This document shows positions 1 to 10,756 of a DNA stretch of 32,000 bases, one piece after another (within the stretch, counting starts at the first letter, position 1; the number at the start of each line of letters is the position of its first letter). Both the position numbers and the translations under genes were made by a program. This DNA comes from Candidatus Saccharimonadota bacterium (GTDB taxonomy: Bacteria > Bacteroidota > Bacteroidia > Flavobacteriales > Blattabacteriaceae): positions 186,035 to 218,034 of the forward strand of contig NZ_CP021172.1 in assembly GCF_002243425.1 (NCBI RefSeq), read 5' to 3'. A model generated the notes under the pieces. It was not told the origin of the DNA. It saw nothing but the letters and a program-made list of their open reading frames with translations, and did no database searches.

Positions 1-492
1 ATAAATAAAGTAAAAGGAGGAAATATTCCAAAAGAATATATCCCGTCAATAGAAAAAGCTTTTAAAGAAGCTATGAAGAATGGCCCTTTATCTGGATATG
101 AAATAAATAATGCAAGAATTATATTAATAGATGGTTCATATCATTCTGTAGATTCTGATCAATTATCTTTTGAATTAGCTAGTAAAATTGGATTTAAAAA
201 TGCAGCAAAGAAGACGAATCCTATTATTTTAGAACCTATAATGAAATTAGAAGTATTAACTCCTCCAGAAAATATGGGTAATATTGTAGGTGATCTAAAT
301 AGAAGAAGAGGTATTATACAAGGTATGGAAGAAAATCGAAGTAATTCAAAAATAATAAAAGCTCTTGTTCCTTTATCAGAATTATTTGGATATGTAACTA
401 TTTTACGTACATTATCTTCTGGAAGAGCCACTTCTACAATGGAATTTTATAAATATAAACCAGCTCCTATTTTAAATCAAAAAATGAATTGA
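1..492 (+). CDS. fusA: Elongation factor G, C-terminal fragment (5' end lies outside the window)
   Basis: Frame 1 is open from base 1. [34 protein letters not shown]...[18 protein letters not shown] matches EF-G domains IV/V. TGA stop at 490-492, directly upstream of rpsJ. Confidence 0.93.
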   Translation: MNKVKGGNIPKEYIPSIEKAFKEAMKNGPLSGYEINNARIILIDGSYHSVDSDQLSFELASKIGFKNAAKKTNPIILEPIMKLEVLTPPENMGNIVGDLNRRRGIIQGMEENRSNSKIIKALVPLSELFGYVTILRTLSSGRATSTMEFYKYKPAPILNQKMN

Positions 493-494
493 TT

Positions 495-794
495 ATGAAA
501 ATCAAAATTAAATTAAAATCATATGATTATTATTTATTAGATAAATCTGTTTTTACAATAGTAAAATTTGTAATTTCAACAGGTGCAAAAGTAAATGGTC
601 CAATACCATTACCAACTAAAAAAAAAATTTATACTGTTTTAAGATCTCCTCATGTTCATAAAACATCTCGTGAACAATTTCAATTATCAAGTTATACAAG
701 GTTATTAGAAATATGTAATGCTGGACCTAATACTGTAGATGCTTTAATCAAATTAGAATTAGCTAGTGGTGTTGAAGTAGAAATAAAAGTATAA
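495..794 (+). CDS. rpsJ: 30S ribosomal protein S10
   Basis: [18 protein letters not shown]...[27 protein letters not shown] is typical S10. ATG at 495 is preferred over the TTG at 489 used by the ORF track. Confidence 0.95.
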   Translation: MKIKIKLKSYDYYLLDKSVFTIVKFVISTGAKVNGPIPLPTKKKIYTVLRSPHVHKTSREQFQLSSYTRLLEICNAGPNTVDALIKLELASGVEVEIKV

Positions 795-799
795 TTATT

Positions 800-1420
800 A
801 TGTCAGGAATAATAGGTAAAAATATTGGTATGACTAGTATGTATGATGAATCAGGATTTAATGTTCCATGTTCTATAATAGAAGCAGGTCCTTGTATTGT
901 TTTACAAATAAAAACTAAAGAAAAAGATGGATACGATTCTTGTCAATTAGGTTTTGATGAAAAAAAATATAAAAACACAAATAAACCATTGTTATTTTTT
1001 TTTAAAAAATTTAAATCTACACCTAAAAAAAAAATATTTGAATTCCCTCTAAAAAGAAATCTAAAATCGGGAAATATAATAAAATTAAATTTTTTTCATG
1101 AAAATGAATTAGTTAATATTACTGGTCTTTCGAAAGGTAAAGGATTTCAAGGTGTTGTTAAACGTCATGGATTTTCAGGTGTAGGAGAAAGGTCTCATGG
1201 GCAACATAATAGGTCTAGAGCTCCTGGATCTATAGGAGCAGGTTCTGACCCTTCAAGAGTATTTAAAGGTACTAGAATGGCAGGTAGAATGGGTAATAAG
1301 AAAGTAACTCTAAAAAATAGAAAAATATTAAAAATAGATTTATTAAATAATTTTTTAATTATAAAAGGATCTGTTCCTGGGGCTAAAAATTCTTATCTAA
1401 TAATAAAAAAACTCAAATGA
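800..1420 (+). CDS. rplC: 50S ribosomal protein L3
   Basis: [45 protein letters not shown] is an L3 signature, at the canonical position after rpsJ. Confidence 0.96.
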   Translation: MSGIIGKNIGMTSMYDESGFNVPCSIIEAGPCIVLQIKTKEKDGYDSCQLGFDEKKYKNTNKPLLFFFKKFKSTPKKKIFEFPLKRNLKSGNIIKLNFFHENELVNITGLSKGKGFQGVVKRHGFSGVGERSHGQHNRSRAPGSIGAGSDPSRVFKGTRMAGRMGNKKVTLKNRKILKIDLLNNFLIIKGSVPGAKNSYLIIKKLK

Positions 1421-2040
1421 AAATAACAATATTTAATAATTCTGGTCTAGAAACAGGTAGGTACTTAAAAGTAAATAAGTTTTTTCTAAAAAAAGAAAAT
1501 AATAATATTTTATTTCTTGAAATAAAGAGATATTTATCTGCACAAAGACAGGGTACCAATAAATCTAAAGAAAGAAGTGAAATTACAGGAAGTACAAAAA
1601 AAATTCAACGTCAAAAGGGAAGTGGGAATGCAAGAAAAGGAGATATAAAAAACCCTATCTTTAGATCTGGTGGGCGAATTTTTGGTCCTAAACCAAGAAA
1701 TTTTAATATAAAAATTAATAATAAGTCTAAATTTTTAGCAAAAAAAACTATACTTAATTTTAAGTTAAGAACCAATAAGATAAAAGTTATAGAAGATTTT
1801 AAATTTAATATTATTAAAACTAAATTAGTATTTAAAATTTTCAATAGATTAAATTTTAATCTAAAAAAATCATTAATTATTTATAATAAAATAAATGATA
1901 ATTTTTTTTTTTCATCTAGAAATTTAAAATTTACTAATTTTTTATCAATTAATGAATTAAATAGTTATGAATTAGCAAATTCAGACTATTTAGTTTTTTT
2001 CGAAAGTGCTATAAAAAAAATATTAAAAGATGTTTGTTAA
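1417..2040 (+). CDS. rplD: 50S ribosomal protein L4
   Basis: [31 protein letters not shown] motif. ATGA start/stop overlap with rplC. Confidence 0.93.
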   Translation: MKITIFNNSGLETGRYLKVNKFFLKKENNNILFLEIKRYLSAQRQGTNKSKERSEITGSTKKIQRQKGSGNARKGDIKNPIFRSGGRIFGPKPRNFNIKINNKSKFLAKKTILNFKLRTNKIKVIEDFKFNIIKTKLVFKIFNRLNFNLKKSLIIYNKINDNFFFSSRNLKFTNFLSINELNSYELANSDYLVFFESAIKKILKDVC

Positions 2041-2314
2041 AACCAATATCTCAAATTTATATTTGATTTCTAATCAAAATTATTTGAAATTTTATTTATT
2101 TTTTTCTAAAAAAGATATTATTAATTATATAAAGAAAATATATCAAATTCCTGTTTCTGAAGTAAATACTCAGATTTTGTATAAAAAACGTATTTTTAAA
2201 AAAAATAGTAAAACTAACTTTAAAGGTAAATATAATATCTTTAAAGGTAAATATAATATCTTTAAAAAAGTCTTTTTAAGATTATATAAAAATAAATATG
2301 TAATATGTCAATAA
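2030..2314 (+). CDS. rplW: 50S ribosomal protein L23 (divergent, carries an internal 7-aa tandem duplication)
   Basis: Position between rplD and rplB. Core [13 protein letters not shown] resembles the L23 ...LYGVKVxxVNT segment. Otherwise highly diverged. Confidence 0.8.
   Translation: MFVKTNISNLYLISNQNYLKFYLFFSKKDIINYIKKIYQIPVSEVNTQILYKKRIFKKNSKTNFKGKYNIFKGKYNIFKKVFLRLYKNKYVICQ
2219..2260 (+). repeat. Perfect in-frame 21-bp tandem duplication inside rplW (TTTAAAGGTAAATATAATATC x2, encoding [14 protein letters not shown])
   Basis: Read directly: copies at 2219-2239 and 2240-2260 are identical, followed by a partial third copy, TTTAAA. Confidence 0.95.
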
Positions 2315-3120
2315 AAAAAACTAAACCTATAACTTCTAGTCAAAGATTTAAAGTTATAAATACATTTAAAGAAATAACAAAAAAAAATCCTGAAAAAACT
2401 CTTTCTAGAGGTAAAAAAAAAACAGGAGGTAGAAATAATTCTGGAAAAATAACTATAAGATATTTAGGTGGGGGGCATAAAAAAAAATATAGAATTATAG
2501 ATTATAAAAGGAATAAATTTGGTATACCTGCTATTATAAAACATATTGAATATGATCCTAATAGATCATGTTTGATTTATCTTCTTTTTTATATAGATGG
2601 AGAAAAAAGATATATACCATCAATTAATGGTTTAAATATAGGTAATAAAATTTTATCAGATAAAAAAACTACTATAGAATTAGGAAATGCTATGTATATA
2701 ATGAATATCCCTTTAGGGACTATAATTTCTTGTGTAGAACTGATTCCTGGTAAAGGAGCAATATTAGCACGTAGTGCTGGTTCATATGCACAATTAATTG
2801 CGAAATCAAAAAAATTTGCTACAATTAAATTACCTTCTGGAGAAAAACGTATGGTATTATCAACATGTATGGCAACTATAGGATCTATTTATAATTCTGA
2901 TCATAAATTAGAAATGGATGGTAAAGCAGGAAGAAAACGTTGGTTAGGTAGAAAACCAAGAACTAGAGGAGTAGCCATGAATCCTGTAGATCATCCGATG
3001 GGCGGTGGTGAAGGAAAATCATCTGGAGGACATCCCAGAAACAGAAATTGTATTCCTTCTAATGGATTTAAAACACGCAATAAAAAAAAAATTACAAATA
3101 AATATATAATAAAAAAATAA
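2305..3120 (+). CDS. rplB: 50S ribosomal protein L2
   Basis: [18 protein letters not shown] and [21 protein letters not shown] motifs. Confidence 0.97.
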   Translation: MSIKKTKPITSSQRFKVINTFKEITKKNPEKTLSRGKKKTGGRNNSGKITIRYLGGGHKKKYRIIDYKRNKFGIPAIIKHIEYDPNRSCLIYLLFYIDGEKRYIPSINGLNIGNKILSDKKTTIELGNAMYIMNIPLGTIISCVELIPGKGAILARSAGSYAQLIAKSKKFATIKLPSGEKRMVLSTCMATIGSIYNSDHKLEMDGKAGRKRWLGRKPRTRGVAMNPVDHPMGGGEGKSSGGHPRNRNCIPSNGFKTRNKKKITNKYIIKK

Positions 3121-3127
3121 AATTATT

Positions 3128-3409
3128 ATGCCACGTTCCTTAAAAAAAGGTCCATATGTTAATTATAAATTAATAAAAAAAATTATTTTAAATAATTTGA
3201 ACTTAAAAAAAAAAAAAATTATAAAGACTTGGTCTAGATCATCTACTATTACTCCTGAGTTTATTGGAAACACAATAGCAGTTCATAATGGTAAAATTTT
3301 TATTCCAATATATATATCTGAAAATCTGGTGGGTCATAAATTAGGAGAATTTGCACCTACTAGAATTTTTAGAGGCCATTCAGGATCAAAAAAAAAAACA
3401 AAAAAATAA
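3128..3409 (+). CDS. rpsS: 30S ribosomal protein S19
   Basis: [11 protein letters not shown]...[23 protein letters not shown]...[16 protein letters not shown]. Confidence 0.96.
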   Translation: MPRSLKKGPYVNYKLIKKIILNNLNLKKKKIIKTWSRSSTITPEFIGNTIAVHNGKIFIPIYISENLVGHKLGEFAPTRIFRGHSGSKKKTKK

Positions 3410-3416
3410 TTTAGTA

Positions 3417-3824
3417 ATGGAATCAAATAATTATATTAATTTTTTTTTTAAAAAAAAAAAATATACTAGATCAGTAACTGATGTTAGCAATCTTTATTGT
3501 TCTCCACGTAAATTACGTTTAGTTGCAGATATTATTCGTAATAAAAAAGTAGAATATTCTTTATATATACTTAAAAATATAAAAAATAAAGGGGGGGGTA
3601 TAATAAATAAAATATTATTATCAGTAATTTCTAATTGGAAAAATCAAAATTATGAAAATAATATAAATAATTATAATATTTATATAGAAAAAGTATTAAT
3701 AAACCAAGGATATCAATTAAAAAAAATTCGTCCTGCTCCACAAGGACGAGGTAATCAAGTAAGAAAAAGATATAGTAATCTAAAAATTATTATAAATAGT
3801 AAATTTAATAATTATGGGACATAA
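3417..3824 (+). CDS. rplV: 50S ribosomal protein L22
   Basis: [18 protein letters not shown] and [21 protein letters not shown] motifs. ATG at 3417 is chosen because the track ORF start at 3351 lies inside rpsS. Confidence 0.9.
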   Translation: MESNNYINFFFKKKKYTRSVTDVSNLYCSPRKLRLVADIIRNKKVEYSLYILKNIKNKGGGIINKILLSVISNWKNQNYENNINNYNIYIEKVLINQGYQLKKIRPAPQGRGNQVRKRYSNLKIIINSKFNNYGT

Positions 3825-4536
3825 AGTAAACACATTATCTAATCGATTAGGATTAATTGTTGGATGGCAATCGTTATGGTATAGTCATTATCCAGAAAGA
3901 ATAAAAGAAGATTTTAATATAAGAAAATATTTAGAAAATCGTTTATCAAAAGCTAATATATCTAGAATCTATATTGAAAGATCCTTAAATAGAGTTATTA
4001 TAACTATATCTAGTTCCCGTCCGTCAATTATAATAGGTAAAGGAGGGTCTGAAATAGATAAATTAAAAAAAGAATTAAATATTTTTAAATATAAAAAAAT
4101 TCAAATAAATATTTTTGAAATAAAAAAACCAGAATTAGATGCTGTTTTAGTTTCTAAAAGTATAGCTAGTCAATTAGAAAATAGAGGTTCTTATAAGAAA
4201 GCAATTAAAATATGCATATCTGCTGCTTTGCAGGTTAATGCAGAAGGGATAAAAATAAAAATATCAGGGCGTCTTAATGGAGCAGAAATGGCTCGTAAAG
4301 AAACTTATAAAGAAGGTAGAATTCCTTTATCAACTTTTAGGGCTGATATAGATTATCATATGACGGAAGCTCATACAAATTATGGAATAATAGGTATAAA
4401 AGTATGGATTATGAAAGGAGAAATTTATGGAAAAAAGAATCTATTTAATATTTTTAAATTAAAATACAAAAAGAAAAAAGTATCAGATGGATCATATTAT
4501 GAATTAGATGGATTAAGTAAAAAAAACAAACTGTAA
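3814..4536 (+). CDS. rpsC: 30S ribosomal protein S3
   Basis: [22 protein letters not shown]-domain [11 protein letters not shown], and [30 protein letters not shown]. Confidence 0.96.
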   Translation: MGHKVNTLSNRLGLIVGWQSLWYSHYPERIKEDFNIRKYLENRLSKANISRIYIERSLNRVIITISSSRPSIIIGKGGSEIDKLKKELNIFKYKKIQINIFEIKKPELDAVLVSKSIASQLENRGSYKKAIKICISAALQVNAEGIKIKISGRLNGAEMARKETYKEGRIPLSTFRADIDYHMTEAHTNYGIIGIKVWIMKGEIYGKKNLFNIFKLKYKKKKVSDGSYYELDGLSKKNKL

Positions 4537-4946
4537 TGTTACAACCTAAAAAAACTAAATATGATAAACAACATAAAGGTCGTATAAAAGGTAATGCTAC
4601 AAGAGGAACAAAATTATGTTTTGGAAAATATGGTATCAAATCATTAGATCCAGGATGGATTACAGATAGACAAATAGAGTCTGCTAGGGTTGCTGCAACA
4701 CGTTATCTTAAAAGACAAGGTAAATTATGGTTAAATATATTTCCTGATAAACCTGTAACTAAAAAACCTCAAGAAGTTCGTATGGGTAAAGGTAAAGGTG
4801 GAAGAGATCATTGGGTCTCAGTAGTAAAACCAGGAAGAGTATTAATTGAAGTAGATGGTGTTGATTTCTTTATGGGTAAAGAAGCGCTTAGATTAGCTTC
4901 TCAAAAATTACCAGTAAGAACAAAATTTATAATTAAAAATGCGTAA
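4536..4946 (+). CDS. rplP: 50S ribosomal protein L16
   Basis: [24 protein letters not shown]...[13 protein letters not shown] overlap with rpsC. Confidence 0.96.
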   Translation: MLQPKKTKYDKQHKGRIKGNATRGTKLCFGKYGIKSLDPGWITDRQIESARVAATRYLKRQGKLWLNIFPDKPVTKKPQEVRMGKGKGGRDHWVSVVKPGRVLIEVDGVDFFMGKEALRLASQKLPVRTKFIIKNA

Positions 4947-5193
4947 ATATAAAAAAAAAAAATATAAAATAGGAATTGTTATTAGCAATAAGATGAAAAA
5001 AACAATAATTATATCTGAAACAAAGAGAATAAAACATCCTTATTATAAAAAAGTAATTTTTAAAAAAAAAAAATATTATGTTCATGATGAATATAATATT
5101 TCAAATGAAGGTGATTTAGTAAAAATTATTGAGACTAGACCTTTAAGTAAGCAAAAATTTTGGAGATTATTAAAAATTGTAAAAAAAAAATAA
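4939..5193 (+). CDS. rpsQ: 30S ribosomal protein S17
   Basis: [28 protein letters not shown]...[13 protein letters not shown]. Its start overlaps the rplP 3' end by 8 nt. Confidence 0.93.
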   Translation: MRKYKKKKYKIGIVISNKMKKTIIISETKRIKHPYYKKVIFKKKKYYVHDEYNISNEGDLVKIIETRPLSKQKFWRLLKIVKKK

Positions 5194-5202
5194 TAAATTC
5201 TT

Positions 5203-5571
5203 ATGTTACAACAAGAATCAAGAATTAGAGTAGCAGATAATTCTGGAGCTAAAGAAGTTTTATTAATAAGAGTTTTGGGAGGTACAAGAAAAAAATATGC
5301 CTATATAGGAGACACAATAATAGTTTCTATAAAAGAAGCAATAGCAGGATCTAGTGTAAAAAAGGGACAATTATATAAAGCAGTTGTCGTAAGAACAAAA
5401 AAAAAAATAAGACGTAAAGATGGATCTTATATTAGATTTGATGATAATGCATGTGTATTATTAACTAATACAGGAGAAATGAAAGGAACCCGGATTTTTG
5501 GACCAGTTTCTAGAGAATTAAGAGATAAAGAATATACTAAAATTGTATCATTAGCTACAGAAGTATTATGA
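5203..5571 (+). CDS. rplN: 50S ribosomal protein L14
   Basis: [18 protein letters not shown]...[11 protein letters not shown]...[13 protein letters not shown]. Confidence 0.97.
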   Translation: MLQQESRIRVADNSGAKEVLLIRVLGGTRKKYAYIGDTIIVSIKEAIAGSSVKKGQLYKAVVVRTKKKIRRKDGSYIRFDDNACVLLTNTGEMKGTRIFGPVSRELRDKEYTKIVSLATEVL

Positions 5572-5586
5572 ATAATGTGGTAAGGA

Positions 5587-5605
5587 ATAGGAATGGAATT
5601 CCTAT
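5587..5605 (+). other. Small hairpin (ATAGGAA / TGGAA loop / TTCCTAT) embedded in a GGAAT x3 run, in the vestigial rplX slot upstream of rplE
   Basis: Read directly: aaGGAATaGGAATGGAATtcctat. A 7-bp inverted repeat 35 nt upstream of the rplE ATG. Function unknown. Confidence 0.35.
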
Positions 5606-5639
5606 GAAAAATATTATTAAAATTAAAACTAAAGTAACA

Positions 5640-6200
5640 ATGAATTATTGTCCAAGACCTAAATCTTTATATAAGAAAAAAATAATTAATAAATTAATAG
5701 AAAAATTTAATTATAAAAGTGTTATGCAAGTTCCTAAGCTTAAAAAAATAGTAATTAATCAAGGAATTAATGTATTAATTTCTGATAATAAAACTATAAA
5801 TAATGCTATAAATAATATTACTGCAATAACTGGTCAAAAAGCGATTTATTGTTTATCAAAACGTGATGAATCTGGTTTTAAATTAAGAAAAGGAACACCT
5901 ATCAGTATTAAAGTAACTTTAAGAAGAGATATTATGTATGAATTTTTAGATAGGTTAATTAACATAGCTTTACCTAGAGTTCGAGATTTTGTAGGAGTAA
6001 ATAAAAATAGTTTTGATGGAGAAGGAAACTATAATTTAGGTATTTCTGAGCAAATTATATTTCCAGAAATAAATACTGATTCTCTCAAAAATCATTTTGG
6101 TATGAATATAACATTTGTTACTTCATCTAAGAAGAATAAAGAAGCTAAATATTTATTATATTTATTTGGGTTACCTTTTAAAACAAAAAAAAATGTCTAA
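5640..6200 (+). CDS. rplE: 50S ribosomal protein L5
   Basis: [42 protein letters not shown] aligns with the L5 N-terminus from this Met. The track ORF (5568) adds 24 unmatched residues; ATG 5604 is an alternative start. Confidence 0.9.
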   Translation: MNYCPRPKSLYKKKIINKLIEKFNYKSVMQVPKLKKIVINQGINVLISDNKTINNAINNITAITGQKAIYCLSKRDESGFKLRKGTPISIKVTLRRDIMYEFLDRLINIALPRVRDFVGVNKNSFDGEGNYNLGISEQIIFPEINTDSLKNHFGMNITFVTSSKKNKEAKYLLYLFGLPFKTKKNV

Positions 6201-6462
6201 AGAATCTATAAAAGCAAGACAAAAAAAGCGTCAAATAATGGTGTTAAAATATGCAAAAAAACGTAATATTCTAAAATTAAATAGAGATTATGAAGGGTTA
6301 CAAAAATTACCAAGAAATTCATCTCCGATACGTCTGCATAATTTATGTTCTTTAACTGGAAGAACAAAAGGATATATGAGAAAATTTGGTATATCACGTA
6401 TTGAATTTAGACGGTTAGCATCTCAAGGTTTTATACCAGGTATTGTTAAAGCAAGTTGGTAA
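6193..6462 (+). CDS. rpsN: 30S ribosomal protein S14
   Basis: [14 protein letters not shown]...[43 protein letters not shown]. The start overlaps the rplE end. Confidence 0.94.
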   Translation: MSKESIKARQKKRQIMVLKYAKKRNILKLNRDYEGLQKLPRNSSPIRLHNLCSLTGRTKGYMRKFGISRIEFRRLASQGFIPGIVKASW

Positions 6463-6464
6463 TT

Positions 6465-6866
6465 ATGATTACAGATCCAATAGCTGATTGTTTAACTAGA
6501 ATTAGAAACGGATATTTATCAAATCTTCTGATAATAGAAATTCCATATTCAAAAATAAAAAAAAACATAATTAAAATATTATATAATCAAGGTTTTATAT
6601 CAAGTTATAAAATAGAAAAAATTAATAACTATAAATTACTTATAAAAGTAGCTTTAAAATATAATAAATATACAGGTACATCTGTAATAAAATGTATTAA
6701 AAGAATTAGTAAACCGAGTTTAAGAAAATATTGTAATTATACAAATATACCTCGTGTTCTTAATGGATTAGGAATTGCAATTATATCTACTCCTAAAGGT
6801 CTGATGACTGATAAAATAGCACGTAAAAAAAAAATTGGAGGAGAAATAATATGTTATATTTATTAA
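6465..6866 (+). CDS. rpsH: 30S ribosomal protein S8
   Basis: [16 protein letters not shown]...[31 protein letters not shown] 6465 is preferred to the TTG at 6456. Confidence 0.95.
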   Translation: MITDPIADCLTRIRNGYLSNLLIIEIPYSKIKKNIIKILYNQGFISSYKIEKINNYKLLIKVALKYNKYTGTSVIKCIKRISKPSLRKYCNYTNIPRVLNGLGIAIISTPKGLMTDKIARKKKIGGEIICYIY

Positions 6867-6880
6867 AATAAAAATAAACT

Positions 6881-7438
6881 ATGTCTAGAATTGGTAATAT
6901 TCCAGTATTAATACCTAATAATGTTTTTGTTAAAAAACAAGATAATATAATTTATATAAATGGACCTTTAGGTAAATTAAATAAAAAAATTATAGGTGAT
7001 ATTAATATTATTATAAATAATAATAATATTATTGTTAAAAGAAAACATAACGATAAAAAAAATCGGGCTTTACATGGATTATATCGTATGTTGATATATA
7101 ATATGATAAAAGGTGTATATAATGGATTTAAAAAAAAATTAGAATTAATAGGGGTTGGATTTAGAGCAAATATTAATAAGAATAATAGCCAAATTTTATA
7201 TTTAAATATAGGATATTCTCATAATATAATTATAAAATTACCTAAATCTATTACTTTAGAAGTAAAAATGGAAAAAAATAAAAATACTCAGATTATTTTA
7301 AAATCTTATGATAAACAATTATTAGGGATAGTTGCGGCAAAAATAAGATCTTTAAGAAAACCTGATCCCTATAAAGGAAAAGGAATTCGTTATATAAATG
7401 AATATGTTATTAAAAAAACAGGTAAATCTGCTAAATAA
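6881..7438 (+). CDS. rplF: 50S ribosomal protein L6
   Basis: MSRIGNIPVLIP...LELIGVGFRA...RKPDPYKGKGIRY. Confidence 0.95.
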   Translation: MSRIGNIPVLIPNNVFVKKQDNIIYINGPLGKLNKKIIGDINIIINNNNIIVKRKHNDKKNRALHGLYRMLIYNMIKGVYNGFKKKLELIGVGFRANINKNNSQILYLNIGYSHNIIIKLPKSITLEVKMEKNKNTQIILKSYDKQLLGIVAAKIRSLRKPDPYKGKGIRYINEYVIKKTGKSAK

Positions 7439-7444
7439 ATTATT

Positions 7445-7795
7445 ATGATATTAAAAAAAAAATCTTTAATTAGAAAAAAAATCTTTGGTTTTTTAGAAAA
7501 ACCAAGAGTTTCAATATTTAGAAGTAATAAACATATATATGCTCAAGTAATAGATGATTATAAAGGTAATACTTTAATTTCTGCATCATCAAAAAAACTT
7601 TTAAAGTTTTATAAAAACAGAAGAGAAAAAAAAATAACAAAAAAAGAATTATCTTATAAGATAGGAAACCTATTAGGTAATCTAATTAAATCTTATGGAA
7701 TAACTAAAATTATATTTGATAGAAATGGATATATATATCATGGAAGAGTAAAAGCTTTAGCCAAAGGCTTAAGAAATGTAGGATTACAATTTTAA
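7445..7795 (+). CDS. rplR: 50S ribosomal protein L18
   Basis: PRVSIFRSNKHIYAQVIDD...FDRNGYIYHGRVKALAKGLRNVGLQF. Confidence 0.95.
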   Translation: MILKKKSLIRKKIFGFLEKPRVSIFRSNKHIYAQVIDDYKGNTLISASSKKLLKFYKNRREKKITKKELSYKIGNLLGNLIKSYGITKIIFDRNGYIYHGRVKALAKGLRNVGLQF

Positions 7796-7801
7796 ATTTT
7801 T

Positions 7802-8317
7802 ATGACCGTTTTAAAAAAAAATGAAAAAAGAAAACTAGAACTAAAAGAAAAATTAGTTATGGTAAATAGAGTTTGTAAAGTTACTAAAGGTAGAAGATAT
7901 TTTAGTTTTACTGCTTTAGTAATAGCAGGAGATGAAAATGGAGTTGTAGGTTATGGTTTTGGAAAAGCAAAAGAAGCACAAGATGCAATATATAAGGCAG
8001 GTGAAAAAGCTAAAAAGAAATTATTAAAAATAAATATTATTAAAGGAGGTACAATACCTCATGAACAAGAAGCCAAATATTGTGGAGCACGTGTATTTAT
8101 TTGTCCTGCTTCAAAAGGAACTGGAATAATTGCTGGTGGTGCTGTAAGATCAGTTTTAGAAGCGGTTGGATTAACAAATGTGTTATCTAAATCAAAAGGA
8201 TCTTCTAATAAAATTAATTGTATAAAAGCCACAATATTAGCTTTATCTAAACTTAGAACAGTAAATACTATAGCTCTAGAAAGAGGAATATCTATAAGTA
8301 AAATACTAAACGGATAA
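7802..8317 (+). CDS. rpsE: 30S ribosomal protein S5
   Basis: [38 protein letters not shown]...[15 protein letters not shown]. Confidence 0.96.
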   Translation: MTVLKKNEKRKLELKEKLVMVNRVCKVTKGRRYFSFTALVIAGDENGVVGYGFGKAKEAQDAIYKAGEKAKKKLLKINIIKGGTIPHEQEAKYCGARVFICPASKGTGIIAGGAVRSVLEAVGLTNVLSKSKGSSNKINCIKATILALSKLRTVNTIALERGISISKILNG

Positions 8318-8353
8318 TAATTATTAAAAAACACTTTTATTAGCTTTAGGATA

Positions 8354-8782
8354 ATGATATTAAATTATTTAAACAATAAATATGTATCTGTAAAAACAAA
8401 AAAAAGATTAGGTAGAGGTAAAGGGTCTGGAAAAGGTGGAACGTGTACTAAAGGACATAAAGGAGCAAAATCTCGTTCAGGAAATTCTAAAAAAATAGGT
8501 TTTGAAGGAGGTCAAATGCCATTACAAAGAAGAATTCCAAAATTTGGATTCAAAAGAAAAAAAAAAAAAGATTATATCTTAAATCTAGATACAATCCAAG
8601 ATTTAAGAAATCTTGGTAAGATAAAAAAAAAACTAAATAGAGATATTTTATTTAAAAACCAAAAACTAAAAATCTTAGGAAGAGGAAAATTAACATATAA
8701 AATAAATATAACTGCTAATAAATTTAGCAAAAAAGCATATGAATGTATTAAAAATAATTGTGGTAATATAATCATTTTATGA
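8354..8782 (+). CDS. rplO: 50S ribosomal protein L15
   Basis: [28 protein letters not shown]...[18 protein letters not shown]. Confidence 0.95.
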   Translation: MILNYLNNKYVSVKTKKRLGRGKGSGKGGTCTKGHKGAKSRSGNSKKIGFEGGQMPLQRRIPKFGFKRKKKKDYILNLDTIQDLRNLGKIKKKLNRDILFKNQKLKILGRGKLTYKINITANKFSKKAYECIKNNCGNIIIL

Positions 8783-10074
8783 ATCATAATCTTATAATAA
8801 ATTTATTTAATAAAATAGATTTTATATCAAAAATATATTATACCTTATTTATTATAATAATATATCGTTTGGGATCTTTTATACCTATTCCTTTTATAAA
8901 TAATAATTTTTTTAAACTAAATCCTAGTTATAAAGGAATAATTCATTTTTTAACTCCAGGAGGTAATACGATTTTATCTTTAGGAATTATGCCTTATATA
9001 TCAGCCTCAATATTAACACAATTAATGTGTTATATGTTTCCGTATTTATATAAAATACAACAAGATGGTGAAATAGGAATAAAAAAAATAAATAATATTA
9101 CTAAAGTATTAACGATATTAATATCATTAATACAAGCTCCTGTGTATATTACACTACTTATTAGTAATAAGATTAAAGAAAATCCTGAATTTTATAATTT
9201 AATACATTGTAAAAAAATATTGATGATTACATCAATAATCTGTATAACTACAGGTACATTTTTTACAATGTGGTTAGGAGAAAAAATTAATGAAAAAGGA
9301 ATAGGTAATGGTAACTCATTAATACTAATGAGTGGAATATTATCTCGTTTGATATATTCTATAATATCTGAAATTTTCAATCGTATAAAAAATAATAATA
9401 AATTATTAGGTATAATCATATTATTGTTTGAATTATTTATTTGGTTATTAATTATTGGTATTTCTATAATCATAATTAATTATGTAAAAAAAATACATAT
9501 ACAATATATAAATAAATTTGATTTAAATAATTATTCTTCTAATATAGAAGAAATCTATCTAAGAAATGAGATTAAATTTATTACTTTAAAAGTAGTTTAT
9601 CCAGGAGTTATGCCTATAATCTTTTCACAAGGGATATTATTAATAACAATTTTTAATAAAATAAATAACCTTCAATATATTAATAATATATATGGTATAT
9701 GGTATAATATATTATATAGTATATTAATAATAATTATTACGTTTTTTTATACATTTTTATCTATTCCTGTTAATAAAATTTCATATGATTTAAAGATCAA
9801 TGGAGTATATATTCCAAATAGAAAACCAGGTAAAGATACTTGTTTTTTTTTAAAAAAAATTGTATCACAAATATATTTTCCGGGATCATTATTATTAGTA
9901 ATAATAGCTTTATTACCGTCAATATTTCTATCATTGGGGGGGGATAAAAATTTGTATTTATTTTTTGGAGGGACTACAATAATAATTATAGTAGGAGGAT
10001 TATTAGATATAAAATATACTATAAATAGTTATCTATTAAAATATAAAAATAATGGCAAAAGAACAACATATTGA
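8779..10074 (+). CDS. secY: Preprotein translocase subunit SecY
   Basis: 431-aa polytopic membrane protein after rpl[18 protein letters not shown] and [21 protein letters not shown] motifs. Confidence 0.94.
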   Translation: MNHNLIINLFNKIDFISKIYYTLFIIIIYRLGSFIPIPFINNNFFKLNPSYKGIIHFLTPGGNTILSLGIMPYISASILTQLMCYMFPYLYKIQQDGEIGIKKINNITKVLTILISLIQAPVYITLLISNKIKENPEFYNLIHCKKILMITSIICITTGTFFTMWLGEKINEKGIGNGNSLILMSGILSRLIYSIISEIFNRIKNNNKLLGIIILLFELFIWLLIIGISIIIINYVKKIHIQYINKFDLNNYSSNIEEIYLRNEIKFITLKVVYPGVMPIIFSQGILLITIFNKINNLQYINNIYGIWYNILYSILIIIITFFYTFLSIPVNKISYDLKINGVYIPNRKPGKDTCFFLKKIVSQIYFPGSLLLVIIALLPSIFLSLGGDKNLYLFFGGTTIIIIVGGLLDIKYTINSYLLKYKNNGKRTTY

Positions 10075-10267
10075 AGTAGATGGAATAGTAATCAATGCAT
10101 TACCTAATGCAATGTTTAAAGTAGAATTAGAAAATAAATGTATTGTTACCTGTAATATTACCGGTAAGATTAGAATGAATTATATTAAAATTTTACAAGG
10201 TGATAAAGTTCGTTTACAAATGTCTTCTTACGATTTAAGTAAAGCTAGAATAATATATAGATATTAA
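10052..10267 (+). CDS. infA: Translation initiation factor IF-1
   Basis: [28 protein letters not shown]...[34 protein letters not shown]. Overlaps the secY 3' end by 23 nt. Confidence 0.95.
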   Translation: MAKEQHIEVDGIVINALPNAMFKVELENKCIVTCNITGKIRMNYIKILQGDKVRLQMSSYDLSKARIIYRY

Positions 10268-10268
10268 T

Positions 10269-10385
10269 ATGAAAAAGGTAACGTCTTTAAAAAAGAGAAG
10301 TGACAATTGTAAAATTGTTAAACGTAAAGGTTGTTTAAGAATTATTAATAAATTAAATCCTAAATTTAAACAAAAACAAGGTTAA
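10269..10385 (+). CDS. rpmJ: 50S ribosomal protein L36 (not in the supplied ORF track; 38 aa)
   Basis: Hand translation gives [38 protein letters not shown], an L36 pattern. Located between infA and rpsM. TAATG overlap with rpsM. Confidence 0.9.
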   Translation: MKKVTSLKKRSDNCKIVKRKGCLRIINKLNPKFKQKQG

Positions 10386-10756
10386 TGGCTATAGTTTCAG
10401 GTATAGAAATTCCAAATAATAAAATAGGACTAATAGCTCTTACTTATATATTTGGAATAGGTATTAGTACATCTAAAAGAATCTTTAAAGATACAGGTAT
10501 TGATGAAAATCTAAAAGTTAGAAACTGGTCAGATGAAGATATAAATAAAATAAGAAAATATATATCTTCTAATATAAGAATAGAAGGAGAATTAAGGTTT
10601 GAAATACAATTAGATATAAAAAGAATGATCGAAATAGGATGTTATAGAGGAATACGTCATAGAATAGGATTACCTGTAAGGGGTCAAAAAACTAAAAATA
10701 ATTGTAGAACAAGAAAAGGAAAAAAGAAAACAGTTGCAAATAAAAAAAACAAATAA
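10385..10756 (+). CDS. rpsM: 30S ribosomal protein S13
   Basis: [13 protein letters not shown]...[29 protein letters not shown]. Confidence 0.96.
   Translation: MAIVSGIEIPNNKIGLIALTYIFGIGISTSKRIFKDTGIDENLKVRNWSDEDINKIRKYISSNIRIEGELRFEIQLDIKRMIEIGCYRGIRHRIGLPVRGQKTKNNCRTRKGKKKTVANKKNK

Noticed and set aside
159-431. Antisense or overlapping ORFs from the track: 159-431, 1611-1844, 4454-4639, 6206-6397, 8059-8334, 8572-8787, 9192-9473, 11769-12053, 17179-17367, 18427-18609, 19983-20186, 27927-28226, 31351-31536.
   Set aside because: Each lies wholly inside, or antisense to, a well-supported conserved gene (or over the tRNA). Each has a low-complexity I/L/F/K/N composition with no recognisable motif. 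Long spurious ORFs are expected opposite AT-rich coding sequence.
490-492. UGA reassignment to Trp, as in some tiny symbiont genomes.
   Set aside because: TGA terminates fusA, rplC and argH exactly where homologs end, and conserved Trp positions are TGG. The standard bacterial code fits.
3351-3416. N-terminal extensions suggested by the ORF track: rplV from 3351, rplE from 5568, rpsN from 6115, rpsH from 6456, rpsJ from 489, dapF from 13662.
   Set aside because: The extra residues overlap the upstream gene or have no counterpart in homologs. Internal ATGs line up with the canonical N-termini.
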